From NCBI RefSeq assembly GCF_018350175.1, contig NC_058369.1, positions 4,032,001 through 4,092,000 of the forward strand: a stretch of DNA of 60,000 nucleotides, in the 5' to 3' direction. The position numbers and the translations under genes are program-made. A model generated the notes under the pieces. That model had not been told where the DNA came from. It made no database searches and was given only the letters and a program-made list of their open reading frames with translations. Every line of letters starts with the position of its first letter. Within the stretch, counting starts at the first letter, position 1. Of this stretch, positions 48,791 to 59,439 are shown one piece after another. The DNA is from Felis catus. Taxonomy: Eukaryota.

Positions 48791-51549
48791 GATGCCTTTC
48801 TATTAGGCATTTAAATTCTAATGCAGCGGCCTTTTCACTCACTGCCCACCAGGGGACGCTGTGTCCTTGCAGTGGGGTGGGGCAATCTGGAATCTAAAGG
48901 AAAAGGAAGTAGTAACTCAGACAGTTGCTCCTTTGTGGTCGTTGCCTTGGATCAGTTCTTATAACCCAGATATATGTTTGCCATCTGCCATGGCTCACCA
49001 TCTAAGGGGGGGGGGGGCAGAGCCACCTGTGGGTAAGGATTCTGCCTCCCACCCTGACTCCGGTTTATTCGGCCAGGGTCAGGGGGAAGAATTAGGCCTC
49101 CAGAGTCAACTCACAGATTCTGCAGCATTTATTGTAGAACCAGTGCGTGCTCCGCTCTGTTAAGGTGATTCCTGCAACGAATCCCAAGCAAACTGAGGTT
49201 CAGAGAGGGAAAGCGGGTTGCCCAAAACAGCCCCGCAGAGCCAGGCTTTGCACCCAGCTCCATCTGGCTCCAGTGTCTTCCGGGCCTCTCCCCCCAGCCA
49301 GCTGCCTCTCAACCTCTTAGAAACTCCTGAGAAATGTTGGGCAGGAATGATGGTGAGGGCACACTATCTGTCCACATCGGACTGGCTCAGCGGGGCGGTC
49401 AATAATTAATTCTGAATTGTTCCCATTTATCACAGTGGCAGGAGCCGGAGCGCATGGAATCCTAATCCCAAGCTTCTGTGCCCCTTGGCCAGCTGGAGCC
49501 GGACACAGTGCTGACGGCAGGGGTCCCTCACTGAGCCTGGGAAGGGAGGGTGTTCCCGGCTCCCCACTCCCTTACTAAATGCTGTGCGATCCAGCAGTGA
49601 CCAGATGAGACCCCGTCCCAGCCTTTGCGGTGTCACAGGCTCGTGGGAAAAATACATACTGCATAAGTAATAATGTAAATAATTAATGCGACAAAGGAAA
49701 GAAACAGGATGGTGTGAGAATGCGAAACTGGGGGGACGTGACTTGTTTAGGGCCTCCTCAAGGAAGTGACATTGAGCCTGCAAGTCGGCAGATGAAAGGC
49801 GGTGAGAGGGGGCTGCGTACACAGGAACAGCACATGCAAAGGCCCTGTGGCTAGGAAGAGTTTCTCCCATGTGGGACCCAGCAACAGCAAGAGGCTGAGT
49901 GGGTCTGGAGGTCAGAGCACAGGGGTGAGGTCAGTGCCAAGTCGGGAGCCCTGTAGAGCCAGGTCTGGAGCCCTCAGGGTAAGGCCAGCAGCCTGCAGTG
50001 GGTACCAGGGGCCATCAGGGGAAGGGACACGCAAGTTTCTCTCACGTTCTTGGGGGCTGGCAGTAAGGCTGCTTCCACGCCAGGTGAGGCTGGGCAGCTG
50101 AGTCTGCTATTGTTTTGTTTCTTCTTACAACTGTTTCCTCCTTGGAGGATTCTTTCAAACCCAGTTGGGGGTGGGGGTGAGTCAGGATTTCTCTGCCAAC
50201 AAACAGCCGATACCACGCGAGCAGCTCCTGGCCCAGGCACTCCTTCCCGGGGCAGGTGGGGAAAGAGGCCCGGAGAAGGACAAGGATCCCCAAGGTCTTT
50301 CGGTGGAGGACTGTGGGCTTAGCCCAGAGGTGGGGGGTTCTGGGATCCCAGGAGCGGACTCCTCCCCGTAGCTTCGTGGGTCTTCTGCTGGCCCTGCAGT
50401 CTCATGAGAGCCAACAGGTGGTGTTTGGGCCACCACACCGTCCCCAGCGTGCTGACGATCGGAGGTGTTCAGTCAGTGACTGCGATTCACCAGCCCAGCA
50501 GCTTTGGAAAACGCCCCCGAGGTCATGCTCAGGGCATGAGGGAGGTTCCTTTCTGAGAGGGGGTGTGAGAGACAGAGAGAGATAAGCAGCCAGAGATGTG
50601 GGGAGAAAGAGACGAACGGAGAGACCCAGATAGAGATCTTGGAGGGAGACAGAGATAAAGAGACACAGTGGGGGGAAAAAAAAGAGAAAAGAGAAAAAGA
50701 AAAAAAGAGGGAAAAGAAAGGAAAAAAAAGAGAAAGAAAAAAAGAGAAAAAGGCAGTGAAATGAGACACAGAGATGGATGGAAAGTGTGTGTGTGTATCA
50801 GGACCACCACTCACCTGAACAGGAGACATTGTGTGAATTGTAAAAAAGTATCCCCTTCCTAGGGCCCTCTCACCCCTCAGCTGGGTGCTTTTGTGCAGTG
50901 AACAACCTGTCCCGCCGTCTGTGGCAGCTGGAGCAGGGTCTCTCTTGGTCTCTCTAGCAGCCAGCACGGGGCCAGGCACACGGAGTACGCTCAGTACGTG
51001 CCCAGTGAACAAAGGAACAGACTCAGCGAATGCCAAGACCTGGCTGGGCGTCGCAGAGGGAGTGGGGCCGAGAACCAGCTCCGGGAGTCTGGGTGCCGGC
51101 AGCTTCTGGCTGGGCGACTGATGCCTCCTCTGGGAACCGCCTGGATTTACTTGCCGCCCCGGAACCCCCTCCCCGGCCTGGAACTCTGGGAGCACAAACC
51201 AAGCGGGCAGCCAGGGCGGGGAGGTGGCCCCGCCCCGGGACGCGCTGGGCCCCCGCGGAGGCGGTGGCTGCCAAGTCTCACTCGAAACTCCTTGCCGCCC
51301 AGACTTGCTCCTGGGGTGGAGCCGGGAGCCTGAGAGGCCCCGGGGCGGGGTTGGGGGGAGGGACCAGGCCTCCCCTCTTTTCACAGCCCAGAGAGGGGTG
51401 ACCCGGGCGACCTGGTTGGGGTCAGCTAGAATAGGAGTCGAGGGAAAAGGTGTTCCTGGGGAGGGCAGAGCTTGCACGGTCCTGGAGGGGGGGCCGAGAC
51501 AGGCACTCCCGGGCAGAAGCCCCAAGACCAAGTTAGGGGACTTGAACTT

Positions 51550-53901
51550 GACCTTGTTTTCACGTGATCTTTTATTCACACACACACGCCAAGAGGGCCC
51601 TTCTCTGCCCGGTCCCAACCTGCTGATGTGATCCCGGGGCCCCAGGCAGGATCTGTCAGGCTGAGAGGAGGGAGACACCCCCTAGTTCCACGCATGAAGC
51701 CCATCCCAGTGGGATCGGAGGCTGCAGGACCCGGAGGCCGACTGGGAGCAGGGCAGAGTGCGCACAGCGGTGGGGCATTCGTGCGAGGACCTTGAGAGTG
51801 TAGGAGCGTGCCAGGTGGAACAGACCAGAAAGGGCATTCTGGGCACAGAGCGTGCACATGCAAAGGTCTGGAGCCGTGTCATTCCCAGGCAGGCGCCAGA
51901 ACTGCGCCCGAGTGGGCAGTGACCCTACAGGCCTCAAGGGGTCAGGGAGAGACCTAGGGTAACAGAAGCCCAGAGGGAAATGGAGACTCTTCGCGGAGGA
52001 TCAGAAATGACCGCACGAACAAGGGGGAGTTGTAGCTGGGCTTTGCAGGATGACTAGGAGTTTGCCAAACAGAGAAGGCAGGGCATGCCAGCTGGAGGGG
52101 GGCGGAATTCAAAGGCCATGCTGATGGAGTAGCAGGAGAAAGGAGGGCCCGAGGGGTAGAATCAGGCGGTGTCAGGTTTCTCCAGACCCAAGGTCGCGGT
52201 GGGCACTCAAGGGCAAACCACACCGTAGGATGATTTCACGGAGCTCTGCCAGCCTTGCCAGGCCTGGAGCCTCCTCAGAGTCCTGCCGGCTCCAGCCACT
52301 GTCCCCTGTCCTTCCTGGGTCACAGGCTCTGTCCATTTTAGTCCGTGACGACATGCGGTGGGGGCACCGCTTTCTGCATGTGGCTCTGGGACCTCAGGCC
52401 AGGCTTGTGCCTCCCTGCAGCTCCGCTTCCCCATCTGGAAAACGGGAACGCGGGGAGCTGCTTGTGTCGCCCTTTGCGTTCGCCTCAGGACTGGGAGGCA
52501 TCCAACAACCCAAGTGACGAAGGAAGAAAAGTGGTAACAGGAAGAAAGGGAAGGAGGGGGAGAGACGGGAGCCGGGAGGGGAGGAAGGGAGGAAGGGGGA
52601 AGGGAGAGGCTTTGAACCCCTCCCCCAGGCGACCGGCCACGGCCAGGTCCAGCATTACTATCTCAGAACACGCCTGAGCTGTCGAGGCTTAAGAAATGGG
52701 TGGTGATTTGCATGTGATTTGCATAGTGTTTGTTAAATGTCAAACCGGCCTGAAACGCTCCCCCCCCACCCCCGCTGCCGCCCCCACCTTCAGTCAAGAA
52801 GCAGGAAACCCTCCCCTTCCTCCATCAGGGACCTCCGCCTGGGTTGGAACCCCTCCGTTCAGGGGCTGCTGGGGCAGCCGCCCCGAGAAGGATGACCTCG
52901 GACACCCCATCTGTAAAACGGGTCATAATCCCAGCCACCACCACGCGGTGGTCCGTCTCCAGTAAGTCGAGGCCGGCCGAGGATGGGGCACCGACTGGGG
53001 CACGCAGTGGGGGCCGAGGAGTGGAGCTGGGTGGTCCCCAAGAGCCCCCTCCCTTCCTGTCCAGCTGGGGCCCAGCCTTCTACCCAGAGGGTCCTGTCCC
53101 CAGAGTTCCCACACCACGTCGCCTGGAATGCCCCCGTGATCACCGCCTGTGCCTCATGGCTCTACGCGGCCCAGCACCCCCCAACCCCACCCATTCAACC
53201 AGACCCCTTCAGACCCAACGGGGAGACCCCGTGTAAGGGACAAGGCAGTGGGATTCAGGGGAAGGAGGACACCGCCGAGGGAGTGGGCACCATTGCGGGG
53301 GTGAGAGGGCTGGGGTCCCCCCAGTCTCCACCTGTAGCCATTTGAGATTTCGCCAGTAACTGGCTGCACCCTCAGGCCCCCACGCAAAGGCTGTTCGCAG
53401 TACAGGGGGCTTGGGGTGGGCCCCAAGGAGGACAAAGTGCTCACTGACTGGTGAGAAGGGAATCCGAGAAGACGTCCCGGAGGAGGCTGCAATCTCAGGT
53501 GAGCTGGAGTGGCCGAGAGGAGCATGAAAGGTGCTTCAGGCAGGGGGCACAGCTTGGGCAAAGGTGTGGCCGAGAGAACGTCCAAGGTGAAGGGATGACG
53601 TCCTCACGCGCCTCGCCTCTCCCCTCTGTGCGTCTCTTCGGATCATACCCTCTGGCTGCACACGGGAGCCTTCCAAGATGGCACCGGGGGTCCCACTGCA
53701 GACTGCACACTGGAGGCCCCCAGCGGGGAGCCATGGCCTCGGGGTCACACAGGCTCCTCCCTGCTGCCTGGGCTGGAGTAGCAACATCCCAGGTGGGCGT
53801 CAGGGACTGGGCCTCCCCCTGGGTGTGATCAGGTGTGTCTGGGGCAGCAGGCATCAGCTGGTCAGGCCGGGATGTCACCGCACGCCCCCAGAAGCCCGGA
53901 A
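51550..53901 (-). other. TINCR: Probable TINCR terminal exon / long 3'UTR (5' boundary uncertain)
   Basis: Repeat-poor stretch ending at a minus-strand AATAAA. Best acceptor candidate is ttctgttccctccttgctgctgtttcaag| at 53902. Consistent with TINCR being a multi-kb mRNA with a short ORF. Confidence 0.4.
51571..51576 (-). terminator. Probable TINCR polyadenylation signal AATAAA
   Basis: tttatt on the plus strand in unique sequence. A G/U-rich element (ttggtcttgggg) follows about 40 nt downstream on the minus strand. Confidence 0.55.
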
Positions 53902-54447
53902 CTTGAAACAGCAGCAAGGAGGGAACAGAACAATTTCAATCCAGGCCCGTGGAAAGGTGAAACACCAGCTGTCTGGCCAGTTTTCCTTCTTCCCTTTCCC
54001 TAACATCCTCGACTTGGCAGGTGAGGCATGTAGCCATCTCCTTCTTCCCGCTGGCCCCGGTGCCTACCGGGAGGCGGGGACACAGGGATGGCAGGAGCCT
54101 GGCTGTTTGGAGCCCCCTGGTGACCATCTCAGGAATTGCAGGCAAAGTGCAATTCAACTGACCCTCTCGACCAGACCCCACTCTTGCCTCCTAAGAAGCC
54201 CAGCGCGGAGTGCTTTGCCCGAGGTCACACAGCAAGTCGGGGCAACATCATTCCTGCTAGCTAGGGGCAACAGATGTTGGTCTACTGGTAAGTGAGAGAG
54301 TAAGGCCCACGTCCTTACCCAGGGGGCAAAAATCATGAGGGTGTGCCGTGGGGTGATAGTCAACAGAAGTGAGTCCCTTCTCTCTGGGCCTCAGTTTCCA
54401 CATCTGTGGTCTCTACACTCTACAGTGTCCTTTCTGTACTAGGGACA

Positions 54448-54777
54448 GAGGCATCTGGCCGGCTTAGTGGGTACAGCGACTCTTAATCTCAGAGTTGTGA
54501 GTTTGAGTCCCACATGGGGTGTAGAGGTTACTTAAGAAAAAAAAAATCTTTTGGACGCCTGGGCGGCTCGGTCAGTTAAGCGGCTGACTCTTGGTTTGGC
54601 TCAGGTCACGATCTCGCGGTTTTGTGAGTTCGAGCCCCGCGTCCGGCTCCGTGCTGACAGCGTGGAGCCTGCTTGGGATTCTCTCTCTCCCTCTTTCTCT
54701 GCCCTCATGCTGTCTCTCTCAAAATAAATAAGTAAATCAAAATAAAAAAGTAAATCAATCTTTAAAAAAAAAAAAAA
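54448..54777 (+). mobile_element. Two tandem SINECs, antisense to TINCR, just past the exon 2 donor
   Basis: Short tRNA-like SINE at 54448-54548 and full SINEC at 54552-54777. Confidence 0.9.
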
Positions 54778-54792
54778 GTACTGGAGACTTAC

Positions 54793-54881
54793 CCAGAGTG
54801 AAGTCGGGGCTCCTGCCCCAGCCTGCTCCCTCAGCCGTCACCTCCAGTCCCCTTGGTCATGCCTCCACCTCCGCCAACTAC
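54793..54881 (-). other. TINCR: TINCR exon 2 (89 nt, almost entirely 3'UTR)
   Basis: Bounded by the acceptor above and a consensus donor TGG|gtaagt (54792-54787). Confidence 0.65.
54878..54881 (-). CDS. TINCR: TINCR coding exon 2 portion: last base of Arg87 plus TAG stop
   Basis: Minus-strand acceptor ttctgtccccgtctttcag|GTAG. Joining AG+G gives AGG (Arg87) then TAG, producing the expected 87-aa protein ending SDPR. Confidence 0.85.
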
Positions 54882-55489
54882 CTGAAAGACGGGGACAGAA
54901 AGACACATGTGGCAGGCCAAATGCAGCCCTCACCTTGGCACTCACGGCCGTGATGTGCTCAACGTCCCGCCAACGCATCTTCAAGCACCCGCCCAGGACT
55001 CACCTCCCCCCCACCCCCCACTTCCAGGCACTGCCAGGGCTCCGGGAAAATGTGCTAAGCAGCCCCTCAACAAATATTTATTGAGGACCTACTCTGTGCC
55101 GGGCACTGAACTGGGAACACAGCAGAGAGCAGGAGGGACAATAGAGTGTTCATCGAGTTTACAGCCTGGGGGAGGAGATGAGGTGAAAAAACTGATGAAA
55201 CATAAAGACGTCAGCTGCCGATAAGTGCTAGGGAGACAGACAGAGCAGGGGTGGGGGGTGGGCCCTGTCAGCAGGATGCAATTTTAAACCGGGTCATCAG
55301 GGAAGACTGAACCGTGACGATACCCGAACTAAGGCCTGAAAGCGCTGAGTAAGGGAGGAGGGCAGGTGGAAAGCATTCCAGGCGGATGGAACAGCCAGTG
55401 CAAAGGCCCGGAGGCAGGACCCTGCCTAGAGTGTTGGAAAAACAGTGAGTTGGCTCTCTCGTAGTTCAGTCTCCACCACCGCTTACCTG

Positions 55490-55900
55490 GACCTCTGCCC
55501 TGGTCCCCAGGTTTCTGCCCTCACCCCCCCCCCCAGTCTGTCCTCCCTGCAGTGGACACCAGAGGGCGCCTGAGTAGAGCCTCCTTTCCTCTGCCCACCG
55601 CCCTCCAGGGTTCCCATCTCCCTCACGGTAAAAACCCAAGTCCTCCATGAGGTCCCCCAAGGTCCTCCATGATCTGCCTCCACCCCTCCATGGCCACCCC
55701 TCCTCCCTCTCTCCCCCTCGCTCACTCTGTTCCTCCAACACACCAAGCCTGGTCCTGCCCCAGGGCCTTTGCACGAACTGTGCCCTCTGCCCAAACTTTT
55801 CTTTGCCTGCATATCCACTTGATTCCCTCCCTCACCTCCATCAAGACTTTACTCAAACTGTCACCTCCTCAGTGAAGCTGTCCCTACAACCCTGTTTAAA
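55490..55900 (+). mobile_element. L2-derived segment in TINCR intron 1 with CTCF motif at 55553-55571
   Basis: ggacaccagagggcgcc...cagggcctttgcacg...tcacctcctcagtgaag. Confidence 0.65.
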
Positions 55901-55913
55901 ATGACAACCCACA

Positions 55914-56310
55914 GGGGGCACCTGGGTGGCTCCGTTGGTTAGGCACCAGACTTCAGCTCAGGTCATGGTCTCACAGTTCGTGGGTTTGAGCCCCACACGG
56001 AGCTCTGCACTGAGAGTGTGGAGCCTGCTTGGAATTCTCTCTTTCCCTCGCTCTCTGCCCCTCCCCCACCTGCACTTTCTCTCTCTCTCTGTCTCAAAAA
56101 TAAATACACTTAAAAAATAAAATAAAATAAAAAATAAAAAAACATAAAAAGACAATAAAAGACAATAAAATAAAATAAAATAAAATAAAATAAAATAAAA
56201 TAAAATAAAATAAAATAAAATAAATCCTCGGGGCACCTGGGTGGCCCAGTCAGTTAACCCTCTGACTCTTGATTTTGGCTCAGGTCATGATCTCACGGCT
56301 CATGAGTTGA
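55914..56310 (+). mobile_element. SINEC with (TAAAA)n tail plus a partial SINEC head, antisense within TINCR intron 1
   Basis: ggggcacctgggtggctcc...(CT)n...(TAAAA)n; second head at 56229. Confidence 0.9.
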
Positions 56311-57270
56311 CAGCCCCCATCCCTCCACTCTCGAATCACCCCCCCCCCCCGAGACCCTCCTTCCAGAGGACCTGGGGAAGGCGGCTGTCCCCGCAACCTG
56401 GAGCCTCCAGGACCGGCTTCTGAGGCTCCCGCTCTCAAAGCATCACCCCAGGCTTGCAGATCAAACCTCAAGGGCCAAACCTGGCAAGTGTGACCTCCGT
56501 AAACCACGGTTACACATCTGGCTTCAGTCCATCCCCTGCCCACACTTCCAAGCCGGCCTCTGCCCTGGGACCAACCCCTGCCCACGTCTACCACCTCCTT
56601 GTCCCTCCTGCCACACGGCAGCCTTCACCATCTCCCGGAGCCGCCCCAGGCCTCTCCATGTGCGTGCCTGTCCCAGATGCCCTTCTGCGCAGACCCCTCC
56701 TTGGGCAGAGACACCCCTTTGGAAAACTCAGATGGCCGGGTCAGAGTGCTGGCAAGAAGCGTGTGGGCAGGGCTGTGGGGGATGGCAGGGAAGGCAGAGA
56801 GACGCAGAGAGACAAGAGGGTCACACAGGCACAAGCAGCAGAGACGGCCACGGACAGAGGGACGGAGACCGGAAGAGTGACCGGAAGTGAAACACACAGG
56901 GCCAGCGCCACTCAGAGAGGAAGGAGACTGGGGCGGAGGGACGGCAAGGAAGACAGGGCAGGTCAGAGAGAGGGGGCAGAGCCTGAGAAGAGGCATCGCG
57001 AAGGGGGGCCAGGCCCCTGCGTGCCGGCCTCCCGCCTCCTGGCAGCTGCTTCCCACAGTGGCCGGCGCTCGGGCCCTGGAGAGGCCCTGCGCCCGCCTCC
57101 CGCCCCGAACCCCGGCCCCGGGACCCCAGCCCGGCCCCGCTCCCCGCTCCCCACCGGGGCCCCCAGCCCGCGGCCCTCCCGCCTCCTTGCAGCCCCGCCC
57201 CGCGCCCCACCCGGGACCCCCGCCCCCGGTCCTCCCGCCTCCCCCCGCCCCGGGACCCCCGCCCCGCCAC

Positions 57271-57530
57271 CTGGGGTCGCTGACGAGCAGCAGCACGGAG
57301 CCGTCCTGCAGGCGCACGTCGCGCACCGTCTGGTGGTCGTCCAGCCGCCGCGCGTTGTAGTAGAAGGTGCGCTTCCAGGAGCACACGCCCTGGCCCACGA
57401 GCTGCGCGCGCAGGTCGCTGAGCGTGTCCCGCGGCCGCACCGTGAGCGGCAGCAGCAGCGCCTCGTCCGCCAGGTGCACCTTGATGTGGTAGCGCTTCCA
57501 GCGCGACAGGCCCCGCCGCAGCCCCTCCAT
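57271..57530 (-). CDS. TINCR: TINCR ubiquitin-like microprotein (pTINCR/TUBL), coding exon 1: codons 1-86 plus 2 nt of codon 87
   Basis: The ATG at 57530 has a strong Kozak context (gcgcgccATGG). The translation MEGLRRGLSRWKRYHIKVHLADEALLLPLTVRPRDTLSDLRAQLVGQGVCSWKRTFYYNARRLDDHQTVRDVRLQDGSVLLLVSDP(R) is the recognisable TINCR-encoded ubiquitin-like protein. The exon ends at donor CAG|gtggcg (GT at 57270-57269); 260 nt gives phase 2. Confidence 0.96.
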
Positions 57531-57650
57531 GGCGCGCGCCCGGCGCTCCGGCCCCGGCCCGGCCGCCCGCCCGCCCCCGCGCCCGCGCCCGCGCCCGCCC
57601 GCCCGTCCAGGCACGCCCGGCGAGCGGGCGGGGGCCCCGGAGGGCGGGAC

Positions 57651-57680
<30 letters not shown>
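57651..57680. repeat. (GCG)10 trinucleotide repeat in the TINCR 5'UTR/promoter
   Basis: gcggcggcgg... for 30 nt, 120 nt upstream of the ATG. Confidence 0.9.
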
Positions 57681-57682
<2 letters not shown>

Positions 57683-59439
57683 CGGCCGGGGCCCCTCGCC
57701 GCCGCCCCCTCGCTCCGGCGGAGACGCGCCCCGGACACCTGCGCGCCAAGGGCGCCCCGAAAGGAGCGCGTCACGCAGATGAGTCTGGACACACGCGAGG
57801 CGTCGGCCCGAGGGGAGGGAAGGGAGCAAGAGGGGAGCCTGGCGGGCCATCTTAGACCGAGGCGAGGGTCAAGGGAGGCGTCTCTGAGGAGGCGGCGTCT
57901 GGACGAGGGGGGCGCGCCGGCCCTGGGAAGGGTCCTCCTGCGGGCGGAGGAGGGAGCGGCCAGTGCAAAGGCCCCGGGGCAGGGTCCCGACCGGGCCGCC
58001 GCCGGAGGAGCGGTGCGGTGCGGAGGAGGCCTCTGGCTGGAGCGGGGGCGGGGCGGGGGCGGGAGGGAGGGAGGTTAAAAAGACAGGCGAGGGGTGAGGG
58101 GAGGAAGACTTGGGCTTTTCCTCCGAGGGAGATGGGACCCCTGGAAGGCTGTGGGCATTGGAAGGAAGTGACTGGAGTTTACGCTTGTTACCCATTTATT
58201 CCCTTATTTCCTTCCAGACACATACAACAAGCACCTAGTCTGGGTCTGGGCTGGTCTGGGCAGTGCGGGGCAGCAGAGAAGTCTCAACCTAGGGTCCTGC
58301 CCTCGGAGGTCTCCCAGTTGGGGAGGTGGGGACACAGAGCAGGACACAGACACTCCCGGCCCTGTGCACTCAGGGCTTGAGAAGTAGGAGCTCCCAGGCT
58401 GGGAAAGGCCAGGAGGTGGGGATGGCTTCCCAGATGGGTGGGCATTGGAGCTTGGGCTTTGGCAGATGAGTAGGAGTTCAACGCTCCCACTAAGGAGGCA
58501 CCTGCCCACGGTCACCAACTATTAGTTCAATGTGTGCCTAGTGGGGAGGCTGTGAGCAGGGGATCGCCTACCCCCAATTCCTTGCTTGTTCTCTCCCCCC
58601 ACCCCCACCCCCACCTTGCAATCCCTTTCTCAGGCCCAGTTGGCCTCTGCAGTCACACTGATCCAAGCGCTCTCTTCCCAAAAGCCTTCCCCGATTGCTG
58701 CCTGCCCCTACCCACTGTCATACCTGCCAGGACAGAACTGACCGGTTCTGGTATCCAGGATTCTGGCTTGACCTCAATGACTCTAAGTCTGTACTTAGAA
58801 GCCAGTTTCCCTGGGCTCCCTGGGAAGTCCTGCTCCAGCAGTGGCTGGGAGGGCAGGAAGAAGGGAGGGAGGAGGAGGAGGGAAGGAGGGAGGGAGAGAG
58901 GCTGAGGCCGGCACAAGACAGAGTGTGGGCTCCAATCCTGACCCTGCCTCTTGGAAGTTCCTGAGGAAGGAACGTACCCTCCCTGGTCCTGGAGGTCCCC
59001 ATCTATCCAGTGGGAATTGCTATGAGGATAAATTGCTGGGGGTGAAGTACTTAGAATATTCCTGAAGCATAGTCGCTCACTAATTGGCTATGCTGAGGGA
59101 GTAGTCACAGAGAAGTGCAGTTTGACTCCTCCAAGAAAAGCAGATGAAAACAAAAATAGCAAACAGAAAAGTCACCTGCTCAGTGACAGATGGGGTTCCA
59201 GGTATATGATTTAAAAAGAAAGAAAGAAAAAAAAAAAGCTTCTCTTAATTGTCACCTGGTGCGATCATCTCCCATTTTACAGATGAGTAAACTGAGGCCC
59301 AGAGAGGCTGAGTGACTTCTCTGAGGATACACAGTGAAAAATGGCAGAACCAAAACCCTAGCCAAGTGCTCGCTGGCCACCTAACTTCATGAATCACGCC
59401 ACTGTGCACTTGCTACCCAGCGTGTTACACAGTCATCAG

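Larger units (their letters stand above)
57000..58075. promoter_or_regulatory. TINCR promoter / exon 1 CpG island with Sp1-type GC boxes
   Basis: Very dense CpG around the ATG; ggggcggggcggggg near 58044-58060. Confidence 0.85.

Noticed and set aside
50473..51678. 401-aa minus-strand ORF
   Set aside because: No domain similarity recognised, includes simple-repeat and L2/MIR-like sequence, and is expected by chance at this GC content.
54433..54446. ctctgtccctag/tacag as the TINCR exon 3 acceptor
   Set aside because: It abuts the SINEC pair and resembles a duplicated target site (gtactagggac versus gtactggagac at 54778). Without the SINEs the intron would be too short, so it is unlikely to be the ancestral acceptor.
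56625..57749. 374-aa ORF as the real TINCR product
   Set aside because: Only the segment from ATG 57530 to the donor at 57271 is recognisable. The flanks are low-complexity CpG-island and intron read-through.
56454..57782. 442-aa plus-strand ORF and other overlapping frames
   Set aside because: Antisense or alternative frames of a stop-poor GC-rich island, with no recognisable domain.
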